A DNA stretch of 64,000 nucleotides, from contig CM059438.1 in the NCBI GenBank assembly GCA_030390025.1, forward strand, positions 93,434,001-93,498,000, written 5' to 3'. Numbering within the stretch: position 1 is the first letter of the stretch; each line of letters opens with the position of its first letter. The notes below the pieces were generated by a model. The model was not told the DNA's origin. It ran no database searches and worked only from the letters and a program-made list of their open reading frames with translations. Source of the DNA: Squalus acanthias (Eukaryota). Made by a program: the position numbers and the translations under genes. Of the stretch, positions 24,349-37,002 are shown piece by piece.

Positions 24349-27300
24349 CATATTCTAATTTTTGCACTTACCCTTATCTTTAAGTGTCAGCTGTGGCTCA
24401 TTCCTACATTACAACAGTGACAACACTTCAAAAAGTAATTAATTGGCTGTAAAGCACTTTGGGACGTCCAGTGGTCATGAAGGGCGCTATATAAATGCAA
24501 CTCTTTTTCTTCTTTCTTTATGGAGGTCATTAGGTTATTGATGGCTGAGATTCAGTGTCCGAGCGTGTATTTGTGATAGTTTTTGGTGAGTACAGTACTT
24601 GTAGTTGCTTTCTTGGCAGTGCGAGAGTCAGCACTTTGACCAGCCGATGTGAGAGGACAGATTTACCCGACAGTAGCTGTCAAAGTGTCTCTCTCTCTCA
24701 AACAGCAAACAGTCGGTGCTTTAACCCTCTGGGACTGACAGGCTGCTCTAGCTGTGACAGTCTGCACCATGGCACAGTACTCCTAAAAATCTGAAGATAG
24801 TATAGACGCATTTAAGGGGAAGCTCGATAAGCACATGAGGGAGAAGTGAATAGAGGGTTATGCTGATAGAGTTAGATGAGGAAAGACGGGAGGAGGCTCG
24901 AGTGGAGCATAAACGCCGGTATGGACTGGTTGGGCCGAATGGCCTGTTTCTGTACTGTGCTGTATATCCTATGCAATAAAAGTAGGACGAGACTGAGAAT
25001 TCCTCGCAACGCAATGTTCCTTTAATCTTACCCAACTCTTGTTTTTGATTTTTATTCTTTATTTTTAATCTATGCCGGAAAATTTCCACCCGGTTAGTTT
25101 TTGATTTTAGCTGTGGAATTACTTTTGTCTTCCCTCGCGCGTTGTTACCTCGATAAGAATCCAGTTTACAAAGTGTCTGCCCGGTTATCATCTGCTCTGC
25201 CGTCTTGGTGCGCATCTCCCTTTTTATGCTGAGAGATTGTACTTTAAGTCTATGCATACCAGCACTGCCTTCACTGAAAGATCTAGGAGCAGTTACAATA
25301 CAACAGGTTAATCACAGCAAGAAAGACCATCCACATTATCCCATTGTGAAAATTCCTGCTTTTCTCTTTAATTGTTGCAGTGTGTCAGACTCGAGCAGAT
25401 TGTATTCTATCCTAATTAAGATACGCTAAAGGTTCTACGTGTAGCCCGTACCCTTTTTAGGACATTTTCTTTGTTCAATTTCTGTTTCTCTTCAGTCATT
25501 TAAGAACATTTTTTTTTTTTTACGAGGCATGTCGTACTCCTTAAAAAAAAACCTTAGACATGGAATGCTACGCATGACTAACAGTCATCTCGTAAAACTG
25601 TCAGCTTTCAGCCGCAAGCCGAGCTCTCCCCTGACCCGATTGTTGTTCCTCAGTTGGATTGACGGTCCGCTCGGGGAGTTGTCAAAAAACTGCGCTGAGC
25701 ATATACCGTCGAGGTTTCTCACATGGCCGATCCCGGCAGCGACCCTGATGTGAAGGTGGCATGAGCACACCACACGAGCACAACTCTGCGCATCTCGGTT
25801 GCCGGCAAAAGCAGTCACTGGGAGCGCCTTTTGTCGCATGTTGCTCATAAACCAATTGTTGAGCCACAGATATTTCCAGCCTTCGAGCGGTGAGTGTTGA
25901 CTGTTGTACTGGTGTGAAGAGATATTCGTCTTCCATCTACTTTGTGTAAAAGTAGAACATGCTTGGCAATATTGTTCAAAAGCTTGTCTTAAATTGCTTG
26001 TTGAAAGTATTCCTTAGATGAGTAAGCAGTTTATTCTCTAAGTTATAGAATGTATCCCTTCTAAAGATGGGCTGTTGCTATTTATTCAACCTTACTGCCT
26101 TTAGACTTAAAGGATGTGGATCTTCCGTCTATTCAGCTGGTTGGCATTGGGTGACCGTGTTTCATAGAATGATACAGCACAGAAGGAGGCCATTCGGCCC
26201 ATCGTGCCTGTGCCAGCTCTTTGAAAGAGCTCTCCAATTAGTCCCACTCTCTCTGCTCTTTCCCCATAGTCATGCAATGTTTTCCCCTTCAAATATTTAT
26301 CCAGTTCCCTTTTATGATTGAATCTGCTGCCATCGCCCTTTCAGGCAGCGCATTCCAGATCATCATAACTCGCTGCGTAAAAAAAAAAAATGCTCCTCAT
26401 CTCCCCTTCTGGTTCTTTTGCCAATTATTTTAAATCTGCGTCCTCGAGTTACCAACCCTCCTGCCAGTGGAAACAGTTTCTCAACTGTTTCTCAATAACG
26501 CAGGGCTATGGAGAAAGAGCGGGGGGGGGAGTGGGACTAATTGGAGAGCTCTTTCAAAGGGCCAGCACAGGCACGATGGGCCGAATGACCTCCTCCTGTG
26601 CTGTGTGATTCTATGATTCAAAATGAAAACCGAAAAAAGTTGCAAGACCACTGCAGGTTGGTCAGCTTGTGAAAGAGAGAGATGGGTTAACGATTTGGGT
26701 TCTAATGAAGGTTCCGACCCAAAGCAAACCTTGTCTCTTTCCCTTTCAAATGCTGGCTGACACACTGCCGAGACATTCATCATTTTTGTTGTTTTTAAAA
26801 AAGATTAATTTGGCTGTACCACTGGGAGTTACGCCAGCCTGCGGTAGGACGGTCGGAGCAGCAAGTGCTGTCCCAGCCTGCAGAGAGAATCCAACACGGG
26901 CACAACATTTTGTCCCTTTAGTCTTTACGAGAGAATCCACGAGCGACATGCAACTTTGAGACACAGGCGCTCTCTCAAGCTGCAGTGCTATTTTTAGCGT
27001 CATCGACTCTGGTGAGTTCATATTGTTCTGCCAAGAGATTAAGTGTTTTCAGAACTCTGTGATCCAGATAATTCAGCTTCCGATGGGAAAGCAGTGACAT
27101 TGATGCCCGATTGTGAGGGACCCAGGAGTAGGAGCTCATCTCGTCTCCTGTTTCCCACACTCCTGCTTCGAATGTCTTCCTCCTGTGAAATGATCGAAGC
27201 TGAACTGTGTACCGTGAGGCATAGAGAAGGGCACTTTCGTGACTTGTCAAGTATGAGCTGGAGCAGGCACTCAGTTTATAAACAGGCATTTTTCACGAGA

Positions 27301-28764
27301 TTCTGAATATAAAATACTTCTTGCATAACATAAGTGCTATCCTATTAAAGTATAAAAAACACGAATGCCAAGGGATGGCACATAGTCATGGAAAAAGCCA
27401 TAAATTGTTTTAAAACCTGTGTTTTCAAAGCAGGTAGCAAATTATTTTACTCGAAATTAAAAATCATTCTGGAGAAAGCACGCCTTAACCATCACCCATT
27501 TGGAGCCGTTACATGCCGGTTTAATTTGTCCCTTAATCTGAATTAGCCCCGAGTCTGGCCTATTTAGTCCCAGTGCACCGTTTGGAACAGTCTCACCTAG
27601 TTGAATAGCCACTGCAGAACCCTCTTCACCACCACCCCCCCCCCCCACTAAAAAAAAGAAATTCCTCAAATTAGGGCTGGAACATGCAAAACAAAAATTA
27701 CCTAACAAAAATCTATAGACCTCAATGTTGAAAGTTCCAGCTGGCCTCCAGCATCCACAGACTTTTGGGGGAGCGAGTTCCAGGTTTCCACTACCCTTTG
27801 TGTCAAAACGTTGCCCCTGATTTCACTCCTACATGGCCCAGCTCTAATTTTAAAGTTATATCCGTGGAAGGGTCTGGGGACATTTCCATCTCAAAGGTAC
27901 GCTTCACCTTTCAGTCCACAACGAGATACTCCACACGTTACTCTTGTGAGTCCAAAATGTGCGCAGATTAATTTCTGTGGATATCAGATAAGCAGCCACA
28001 CTTTGAAAGCTGCAAAGGATTCGGTATTATTATTTTACGGTAAATTGAGACTTTATTATAGAAAGAAAGAAAGACTTGCATTTCCACAGCGCCTTTCACT
28101 ACCTCAGGATGTCCTGAAGCGCTTTACAACCAACGAAGTATTTTTGACGGTGCAGTCACTGTTGTAGGAAACGCGGCAGCCAATTTGCGCACAGCAAGCT
28201 CCCACAAACAGCAGTGAGGTAATGACCAGATAATCTGTCTTAGTGATGTTGGTTGAGGGATGAATATTGGCCAACACTGCCAGGTTTGATGCTGCTTGTC
28301 ACTGAAAACCCAAACTCTCGCACCTAAGTGGAGCCGCACTTTTTTGCCAGAAAAAGAGAGTAGAAAAATCTAAAACTGGCAGATCTTGGCATCGTGCTGT
28401 AACCTTGGCGACGGAGAGCGCGACCTCCTAAAAGCATCTCCAGTCAATGGGTTTCCATGGGAATGGGCTTGAATGGCTGGCGTGAGTTCCTGACTTCCTT
28501 CCGGTGGCTATTACGGGGGACTGGTCTTGAATCGTTACTCTCTGGCTCTGCCTCCCCCCCCAAAAAAACCATTCAAATGAAGCTGGTCTGCCCATTCCCA
28601 GTATAATGAAATGTTGTAGGTCAGCTTCTAATAGAAGTGTTCACTCTTTAAGAGCCGTGTCAATGAGCACAGCAGCCTGAAAGTGTCTGGAACCTTTAAT
28701 TTTAAGTTGATCTTAACGCGCAGGGAATTTATTGTAACCAGGTCACGCACTCATTTGCATGTAA

Positions 28765-28945
28765 TAAAAACAGTAAAATGCTGGGAAATACTCAGCCGGT
28801 CAGGGCAGCATCTGTGGAGGGAGAGAGAGAGAGAGAGAGAAACAGAGTTAACATTTCGGGTCGGCAATCTTTCATCAGAACAGTTCCACTGTCTCCAACA
28901 TTTTTCTGTTTTATTTTATTTCGGGTTTCCAGCATCTGCAGTGTT
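28765..28945 (-). mobile_element. Degenerate Penelope-like inverted remnant (family 2)
   Basis: Reverse complement of the 40.6/42.3-kb tail with a decayed CTGATGA..GAAA motif and an expanded (GA)n. Confidence 0.5.
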
Positions 28946-30063
28946 CAACAGTAACATTCGAAAGAGAATTGGATAAATACTTGAAGGGAAAGAAAATTCA
29001 CCGGGCTTTGGGGAACGGGCAGGGGAGTGGGGTTAATCGGACGGCTCTACCAAAGACGGCCTCTTTCTATGCTCTATGATTCGAGTATTTTGCTTTTGTG
29101 TTGTTGCCATGTGTTGAGCAGAGCCTTTGTGTCACACTCGCCCTTGAGAGCATTTGTTACTGAACCGACTCACTGACGCAGTGGAATGCCAATGAAACAG
29201 ACAGGGCATGTCCGCTATCGGAAGCTGTTAATGAGGTTTGACTGTAAAAAGGAGTGACTTTTGCTGGAAAGCGCTATTCCTGCGCTGTTGGCCTTTGCGG
29301 TAATTGCACACCAGTCTGTAGGAGTTTGCAGTGTCAAATTGTTGGGACATTTTAAACTGTTGGTGTGTTTGAAGTGAGCACAAAGTTTGCACCTTATTGA
29401 TTGCAGCTAAATAGTTTCTAAAAAGTTACTGGATTGTTGCTAAAGGAAAGGACTTGGCTTTATATATAGCGCCTCTCACGATCCCCCAAGATGTCCCAAG
29501 CCACTTACCTCGAGTCTTTCGGATGAGACGTTAAACCGAAGCCCCATCTACCCTCTCAGGTGGATGTAAAAGATCCCACTGCACCTATTCGAAGAAGAGC
29601 AGGGGAGTTATTCCCCGGTGTCCTGGGCCAATACATATCCCTCAACCTGTTAAAACAGATTGTCTGGTCATCACATTGCTGTTTGTGGGAGCTTGCTGTG
29701 CGCAAATTGGCTGCCGCGTTTCCTACATTACAACAATGACTACACTCCAAAAAATACTTAATCGGCTGTAAAGCAGTTTGGGGGCATCCTGATGTTGTGA
29801 AAGGCGCTATAGAAATGCAGGTTCTTTCTTTATTTCAAATCTGCAAAGCCGCCTGGCTGAGCGGTTCGGTGGCTCCGACATTGTTTAACGTGGCACTGTT
29901 TGAAGATAAACAGAGAAGTTCTTCTGGTGTCAGAAGGATCATTTTTATGTATATATAAATGTGTGTGTGTGTGGAGATATATAGAGAGAGAGATGTGTAT
30001 ACACGCACACAAACACATGTGTATGGGGAAAGAAATGGAATGTGTGTGTACTATATATATATG

Positions 30064-30214
30064 TGTGTGCGTGTTTCTGTATAGTGTGTGTGTGTCTATA
30101 TAGATACACACTATACAGAAACACGCACACAAACACAGACAGAAAAAAATGGAATAACTAATATAATATATAAATATATATATATATTATATTAGTTATT
30201 CCATTTTTTTCTGT
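30064..30214. repeat. Two adjacent inverted repeats
   Basis: 26-bp arms at 30064-30089/30106-30131 and 34-bp arms at 30139-30172/30181-30214, each centred on TA-rich sequence. Confidence 0.9.
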
Positions 30215-30427
30215 TGCACTTTCTTTCACTGCTGTTACATCCAGTAACCAGGGTCAGTACAGTGTGTAAGTAATCAAGGTTCTTTCAGCTCAGGTTTATT
30301 TGGCCAACTACACCTCATTTTCTGTCGGTTTTTTAACATTTGGAGATCTATGAAATATTGCATGCCGTGTTAAACCGATGTTGAAATCACAGCATATTTT
30401 TTTTTTTTAAACTTGATTTTTGTGTAG

Positions 30428-30587
30428 AAGGTAAACCGGGATCCTTCAGATGAAGAATGCTTCTTCGATCTACTGAGCCGTTTCCAAAGTAATCGCATGG
30501 ACGACCAGCGCTGTACATTTGAAGAACGTCAAAATGGCGCGACGGGGAGCGCTTCGACCCCCGCGTCTCCCCTGCAGGACAGAATCT
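30428..30587 (+). CDS. GPSM1: GPSM1 exon with GoLoco motif 1
   Basis: tgtgtag|AAG ... ATCT|gtgagt. Translates KVNRDPSDEECFFDLLSRFQSNRMDDQRCTFEERQNGATGSASTPASPLQDRI, with the FFxLL...DDQR GoLoco signature; ends in phase 1. Confidence 0.96.
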
Positions 30588-32629
30588 GTGAGTACGCAAC
30601 GAGGCAGAGGAAGAATTTCACACAGCCTCCACCTTTTGAAGTTGAGCGTTGCGTTAAGTTTCCTCTCTGTCCCCCCCCACCAGTGTCGCTTGTTTGCCAA
30701 TCCCCAGCAGCTCATTGCATAGATCCCGCCAGTGCTACTTCATTAGCGGCCACAGCGAGGTTCTAATTAGACTCGGCGTCATTTTCAAAAGAGGAAAAAA
30801 GTTGACCGAAACAAATTTGGGAACAACAAAAGAACAAGACCCTGCCAGACTTGGTGCTTTTAATTAAAGTCGAACGAGACTGTTGAAGCCCCAGAGTACC
30901 TGGCACAACCTGCAGAGGGCAATTCTGGGCAACCCAGATTGGCACGGCAAATATCCACTCGGCCGCAGCTTCTGCGTGAAGCAAATCGTGGGCGCGATGC
31001 GGAACTGACGGGAGCGGCACGTGGATCCCGCGCGCCCGGCACCTTTAGTCGTCGCGGCTTCCCTGCGCAGCACCAGTGAGCAGCGCCGCGCAGCGCCTGG
31101 CCTAACTGCGCCGAGCTTCGTGGCTGCACTTCTGGCACCTTCACTGGCAAAAGCAAACTTTAAATCGCCGATCGGTGCAGGTGAAAGGGAGTGTGAAATT
31201 AGTTGGCGTGTGAATGTGAGCAGTTTGTCGATGATATTGTACCATCGCAACTAATGGGTATGAAAGAGGGCCTCTGCCAACTGTAAGAAAGTAAGGGGAC
31301 ATCTCGCAAACGCTGTCATCGCTGACTGCTGTGTAAACACTTGGTCTGAAACAGATTCATTTAGGGGCGGTCGGTATCATTGTGCACGGTTCTGGTCTCC
31401 ATATTACAAAAAGGATATCGAGGCACTGGAGAAGGTACAAAAAAGGATTTACAAGAATGATACCAGAACTGAGAGATTATAACTATCCGGAAAGACTGAA
31501 CAGGCTGGGGCTCTTTTGCTCTAGAAAAGAGAAGGCTGAGGGGTGACCTGATAGAGGTCTTTAAGATTATGAAAGGGGTTTGATAGGGCTGACGGAGAGA
31601 AGATGTTTCCACATGCGGGGGAGACCAGAGCTAGGGGCCATCAATATAAGATAGTCACTAATAAATCCAATAGGGAATTCAGAAGAAACTTCTTTACCCA
31701 GAGAGCGGTTAGAATGAGGAAGCTGGATCAGTACATGAGGGAGAAAGGAATCAAAGGATATGTTGATGGGGTGAGATGAAGAGGGGGCGGGAGGAGGCTG
31801 GTGTGGAGCATAAACACCGACACGGACCAGTTCTGTGCTGTAAATTCGATGTAAACTTTATTGGAGTTGCTGTTAATCCTTTTTATATAAAGAGTTCGCT
31901 TTCAAATAATAACTAATCAGGAAATTTATATACTGATGACACTGTGTATACTGTTTTGTCTCTTTAATTCCTTCGGTCTAAAACAGACTTATTTAGGGGC
32001 AGCCAGGATCCTTGGTCTGGTCTGTTCTGAAGCAAAATATTAAAAAGTCAGATAAATATTAGTTAAATACACTCGCTGCCGAATGTCAAATCTTACACAT
32101 GCCCAGCAGAGTTTAAGTATGGCATAACCAATATGGTTAATTTATGAATCTGTGACACACACACACACTGTTTGAGTGAGGGGATAATCTTGAGGTGGCG
32201 AGATGTTTTTCCATTGAGAGCTGTTTTAACTAGGAGTATTTATAGGTTGGTTGGGGACTTCTGCTTCAGAGGTTTGGTCCCTGGAGATGTTGCACACATC
32301 TCTCAGTGGCCTGATACCGAGGTATATAAGCAGAGGCATCAGGGTGGGTCCCCAGCCATTCTCTCTGCAGACAGTGGCTGCAAGAGGGCAGGAAATGAGC
32401 TTTAAAGGAAAGCGGTTGCCCAAATACAAAATTGCATGGAGTCTACAGATCCGACGTTTCACTAATATCTGTGATGCTATTGATGTATTTCATAACTCCT
32501 GTGAAGTGAAATCTGTTGTATGAAACAGTTCGCGAGTTACGGCTGAAGAAAAAAGTTGTTTATATTCCGGATCTCCCTACACAAGGACAACTAAAGCACT
32601 ACACGTGTAAGGAGCAAAATTGGAAACTG

Positions 32630-33355
32630 AACAGAAGAATTAGGAGCAGGAGTCGGCCATACGGCCCCTCGAGCCTGCTCCGCCATTCAATAAGATCATG
32701 GCTGATCTTTGACTTCAACTCCACTTTCCCCCTCGATTCCCCTAGAGTCCAAAAATCTATCGCTCTCAGCCTTGAATATACACAACGACTGAGCAGCCAC
32801 AGCCCTTTGGGGGTAGAGAATTCCAAAGATTCACAACCCTCTGAGTGAAGAAATTCCTCCTCATCTCGGTCCTAAATTCCCGATCCCTTATCCTGAGACT
32901 GTGCCCCCTGGTTCTAGATTCTCCAGCAAGAGGAAACAACCTCTCAGCATCTACCCTGTCAATCCCCCTCAGAATCTTATGTTTCAATGCGATCACCTCT
33001 CATTCTTCTAAACTCCAGAGAGTATCGGCCCATTCTACTCAATCTCTCCTCATAGGACAACCCTCTCATCCCAGGGATCAATCTAGTGAACCTTCGTTAC
33101 ACCGCCTCCAAGGCAAGTATGTCCTTCCTCAGATAAGGAGACCAAAACTGTGCACAGTACTCCAGGTGCGGTCTCACCAAAGCCCTGTACAATTGTAGTA
33201 AGACTTCCTTACTCTTGTACTCCAACACCCTTGCAATAAAGGCCAACATGCCATTTGCCTTCCCAATTGCTTGCTGTACCTGCATGCTAACTTTCTGTGT
33301 TTCCTGCACAAGGACACCTAAATCTCTCTGAACACCAACATTTACTAGTTTCTCG
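32630..33355 (-). mobile_element. CR1 LINE 3' fragment
   Basis: ORFs 33097-33309 and 32766-32996 (LVRPHLEYCAQFWSP; RTRGH). Confidence 0.9.
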
Positions 33356-34200
33356 CCATATATCAGGAATTAATTAATACCGGGAATGGATGTAGTTCAA
33401 GCAGTTTGGAATGCTGTCGGGAGAGATGTGATTTGTGTTAAGGAACGGCAGGTAGGTTTAATTAATCCATTCAAACCTTAGATAATGCAGTCCAACCCAA
33501 GGCTCAATACGTGGTTGGGTCATTGACGGTCAAACCATGTTGGCCACCACTATAAGCTTACTACAGAACAAGAAAAAAGAAAGGCTTGCATTTCTATAGT
33601 GTCTTTCACGACCTCAGTACGTCCCAAAGCGCTTTACAGCCAATGAAGTACTTTTGAAGTGCGGTCACTGTTGCAATGTAGCAAACATGGCAGCCAATTT
33701 GCGCACAGCAAGCTCCCACAAACAGCAATGCGATAATGACCAGATCATGTTTTTTTTTAGTGATATTGGTTGAGGGATAAATATTGGCCAGGACGCCGGG
33801 GGGAATCCCCTGCTCTCTTCGCATAGTGCCACAGGATCTTTTACATCCACCTGAGAGAGCAGACGAGGCCTCGGTTTAACGTCTCATCCGAGAGACGGCA
33901 CTGAAAGAGGTCCTGGTCAGCATTCACTCCTCGGCGAACAGCACCAAAACAGGTTAAGCAGTCATTTGCTGCGCACAAATCAACCCGTGCGTGTGCCTGC
34001 AAAAACGGCAGTGACCATACTTCAGAAATAATGAATTAACTCTGGAATATCCTGAGGACGTGGAAGGTGTTTTTATAAATGCAAGTTCGTTCCTCCGTCT
34101 TACCTTTGTTGAATCAATGATGTGTAGCTTTAACAACCGATACAGACTGCTGGCGTCTCGACACCGATAACAGCTCTTCCCTCTCTCTCCCCCACTGTAG

Positions 34201-34421
34201 CTCAGGCTGCGCTCATTGCATCCCCGCAGACGGAGGAGTTTTTCGACTTGATAGCGAGTTCTCAGAGTCGGAGGTTAGACGACCAGCGAGCCAATGTGGG
34301 CAATCTGCCTGGACTGAGGATCACGCATAACAACAGCCAGGTGGTGATGGGACATCTGCGGCCTGATGGAGATCCTCAGGAGCCCGGAGATGAGTTTTTC
34401 AACATGTTAATGAAATGTCAG
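34201..34421 (+). CDS. GPSM1: GPSM1 exon with GoLoco 2 and the first part of GoLoco 3
   Basis: Polypyrimidine tract then ctgtag|CT, donor CAG|gtagga; phase 1-0. Translates SQAALIASPQTEEFFDLIASSQSRRLDDQRANVGNLPGLRITHNN...QEPGDEFFNMLMKCQ. Confidence 0.97.
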
Positions 34422-35016
34422 GTAGGAGCTGTGAGGAATATGTCTCGGTAAAGATGTGAGGAAAAAGTCCGATTTTTTTTTTTTTAATATCGGCAGTATA
34501 TCACGTGCATGAATATATTAAAATTAAAGGGACAGTGGCAGCGTGGACACAAAATTGGCTAAGGGACAGAAAGCAGAGAGTAGTGGTGAATGGTTGTTTT
34601 TCAGACTGATGGGAAATGTACAGTGGTGTTCCCCTAGAATCGGTATTAGGACCACTGCTCTTTTTAATATATATTAATGATCTGGACTTGGGGGTATACA
34701 GGGCATAATTTCAAAGTTTGCAGAGCATACGAAACTCGGAAATAATGGGGAGGATAGTAACAGACTTCAAGAGGACATGGGCAGACTGGTGAAATGGACA
34801 GTCACATGGCAGATGAAATTTAACACTGAGAAGTGTGAAGTGATACACTTAGATCGGAATAATGAGGAGAGGCAATATCAACAAAATGGTACAATTTTAA
34901 AGGGGGTGCAGGAACAGAGAGCCCTGGGGGTGTGTGTACATAAATCTTTGAAGGTGGCAGGACAAGTTGAGAAGGCTGTTAAAATAGCATATGGGACCCT
35001 TGGCTTTATTAATAGA

Positions 35017-35236
35017 CATGATGTGGAGATGCCGGTGTTGGACTGGGGTGGACAGATGTGAGAAGTCGCACAACACCAGGTTATAGTCCAACAGTTTTAT
35101 TTGAAATCACAAGCTTTCGGAGCGCTGCTCCTTCGTCAGGTGAAGACTTCACCTGACGAAGGAGCAGCGCTCCGAAAGCTTGTGATTTCAAATAAAACTG
35201 TTGGACTATAACCTGGTGTTGTGCGACTTCTCACAT
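35017..35236. mobile_element. Penelope-like element remnant (inverted pseudo-LTR pair) inserted in a CR1 LINE
   Basis: Perfect inverted repeat 35054-35145/35147-35238, a 37-nt one-sided extension, and TSD ctttattaataga at 35004-35016 and 35237-35249. The uninterrupted CR1 site is visible at about 44947. Confidence 0.8.
35149..35185 (+). ncRNA. Minimal type I hammerhead ribozyme motif (mirror copy at 35107-35143, minus strand)
   Basis: tcac-CTGACGA-a-ggagc(agc)gctcc-GAAA-gctt-gtga: conserved CUGANGA and GAAA cores, 5-bp stem II, 4-bp stem I and a short palindromic stem III. Confidence 0.7.
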
Positions 35237-35867
35237 CTTTATTAATAGAGGCATAGAGTACAAAAGCAAGGAAGTTATGCTAAACCTTTCTAAAACACTG
35301 ATTAGGCCTCAGCTGGAGTATTGTGTTCAATTCTGGGCACCACACTTTAGGAAGGATGTCAAGGCCTTGGAGAGGGTGCAGAAGAGATTTACTAGAATGG
35401 TACCGGGGATGAGGGTCTTCAGTTATGTGGAGAGACTGGAGAAGATGGGGTTGTTCTCCTTAGAGCAGAGAAGGTTAAGAGGAGATTTGATAGCGGTGTT
35501 CCAAATCATGAACAGTCTTGATAGGATAAATAAGGAGAAACTGTTTCCAGTGGCAGAAGGGTCGGTAACCAGAGGACACAGATTTACGGTGATTGGCAAA
35601 AGAACCAGAGGCGAGATGAGGAAACATTTTTTACGCCGCGAATTATTGTGATCTGGAATGCGCTGCCTGAAAGGGAGGTGGAAGCAGATTAAATAGTAAC
35701 TTTCAAAAGGAAATGGGAAAAATACTTGAACAGAAAAAAAACGTACAGGGAACGAGCAGGGGGGAGTGGGACTAATTGGATAGCTCTATCAAAGAGCCAG
35801 CACAGGCACGATCGGCCAAATGGCCTCCTTCTGTGCTGTATCATATTTTGTGTAAAAGCTAACCATC

Positions 35868-36145
35868 CAGGGAATGCGAGTTCAAATCCCACCATGGCCG
35901 TTTGAGAATGTGAATTCAGTTTAAAATTAAAATCTGGAAATAAAAAGCAGACATCAGTAAAAGCCCAACTGGTTCACTCATTAGGGAAGGAAACCTGTCA
36001 TCCTTACCCGGTCTGGACCTATGTGTGACTCCAGTCCCACACCAACGTTACATCAGCCACTCTGTTACATCACCAGCTTCTCAGGGCAACTAGGGATGGG
36101 CAATAAATGCCGGCCTTGCCAGCAACGCCCACATCCCACAAATAA
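35868..36145 (+). mobile_element. Second SINE family sharing the LINE family B tail
   Basis: B-box-like gagttcaaatccc head. The 3' end gggcaactagggatgggcaataaatgccggccttgccagc..cccacatccc matches the LINE B tail. A decayed copy lies at about 3345-3575(-). Confidence 0.6.
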
Positions 36146-37002
36146 ATTTTTAAATAGTTTTTATTGGACGTAGACCTTCCCTGTGATCAACTTACGATTG
36201 ATTCAGCATAAACCTCTGCAGTAAGGACATTACAAGCCTTATCAAATCCCCCCTCCCCCCTAGGGGGTTACTGCATCTTGCTGATCTCCGCTCTCAGACT
36301 TCCACAAGACCCTGCAGGGTGTAGTGACCAGGAGCACAAATTTTAGCTGAATTTCCCCCCCCGCCCCCCTGCTTCCTAACACAGTGGCAGCAAGACTGAT
36401 TGTGATCACCTCTATTACTGCCTCATCTGAGATCAGCTGCCTCAGTACAGGTGTGAATATGGGATCAAATCTCTTTTTTCCCTCCCTTTCTCTCCCCTAC
36501 CCCACTATGGCCCTTTTAAGGCATAACCTTAAAATTAGAGCCAGGCCATTCAGGGGTGATGTCAGAAAGCACTTCTTCACACAATGGGTAGTGGAAATCT
36601 GAAACTTCCCCCCCACTCCCAACAAAAAAGCTATTGAGGCTGAGGGTCAATTAAAAATTTCAAAACTGAGGTTGATAGGCAAGTGTATTAAGGGTTACGG
36701 AACCAAGGCAGGTAAAGAGTTAAGATACAGATCAACCATGATCTAATTGAATGGCTGAATGGCCTCCTCCTCCTCTTCTCCCTCCCACTCAATCTCTTCC
36801 TCTACCCCTTCCCTGATCCCTTACTTTACCCCTGTTGATCGTGATCCCACCCCACCTGATCCCTTCATCAACCCCCGTCCTGATGTCACCCCATCCTATC
36901 ATTACTCTACCCCTGTCCAGTTTTGACCCCGTTACAAAGCGGCTCCCTGATTCTCAAGTGCACTAGTGTCTGGTGATTCAAGTGATTCCTTCTCTCCCGC
37001 AG

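Larger units (their letters stand above)
34520..35845 (+). mobile_element. CR1 LINE fragment interrupted by the Penelope-like palindrome
   Basis: ORFs 34777-35061 and 35277-35651 (WQMKFNTEKCEVIH; RPQLEYCVQFWAP). Confidence 0.9.

Noticed and set aside
27043-27306. 87-aa plus-strand ORF in the GPSM1 intron
   Set aside because: Non-ATG start, no recognisable similarity, and its putative acceptor lies only about 40 nt after the 27011 donor.
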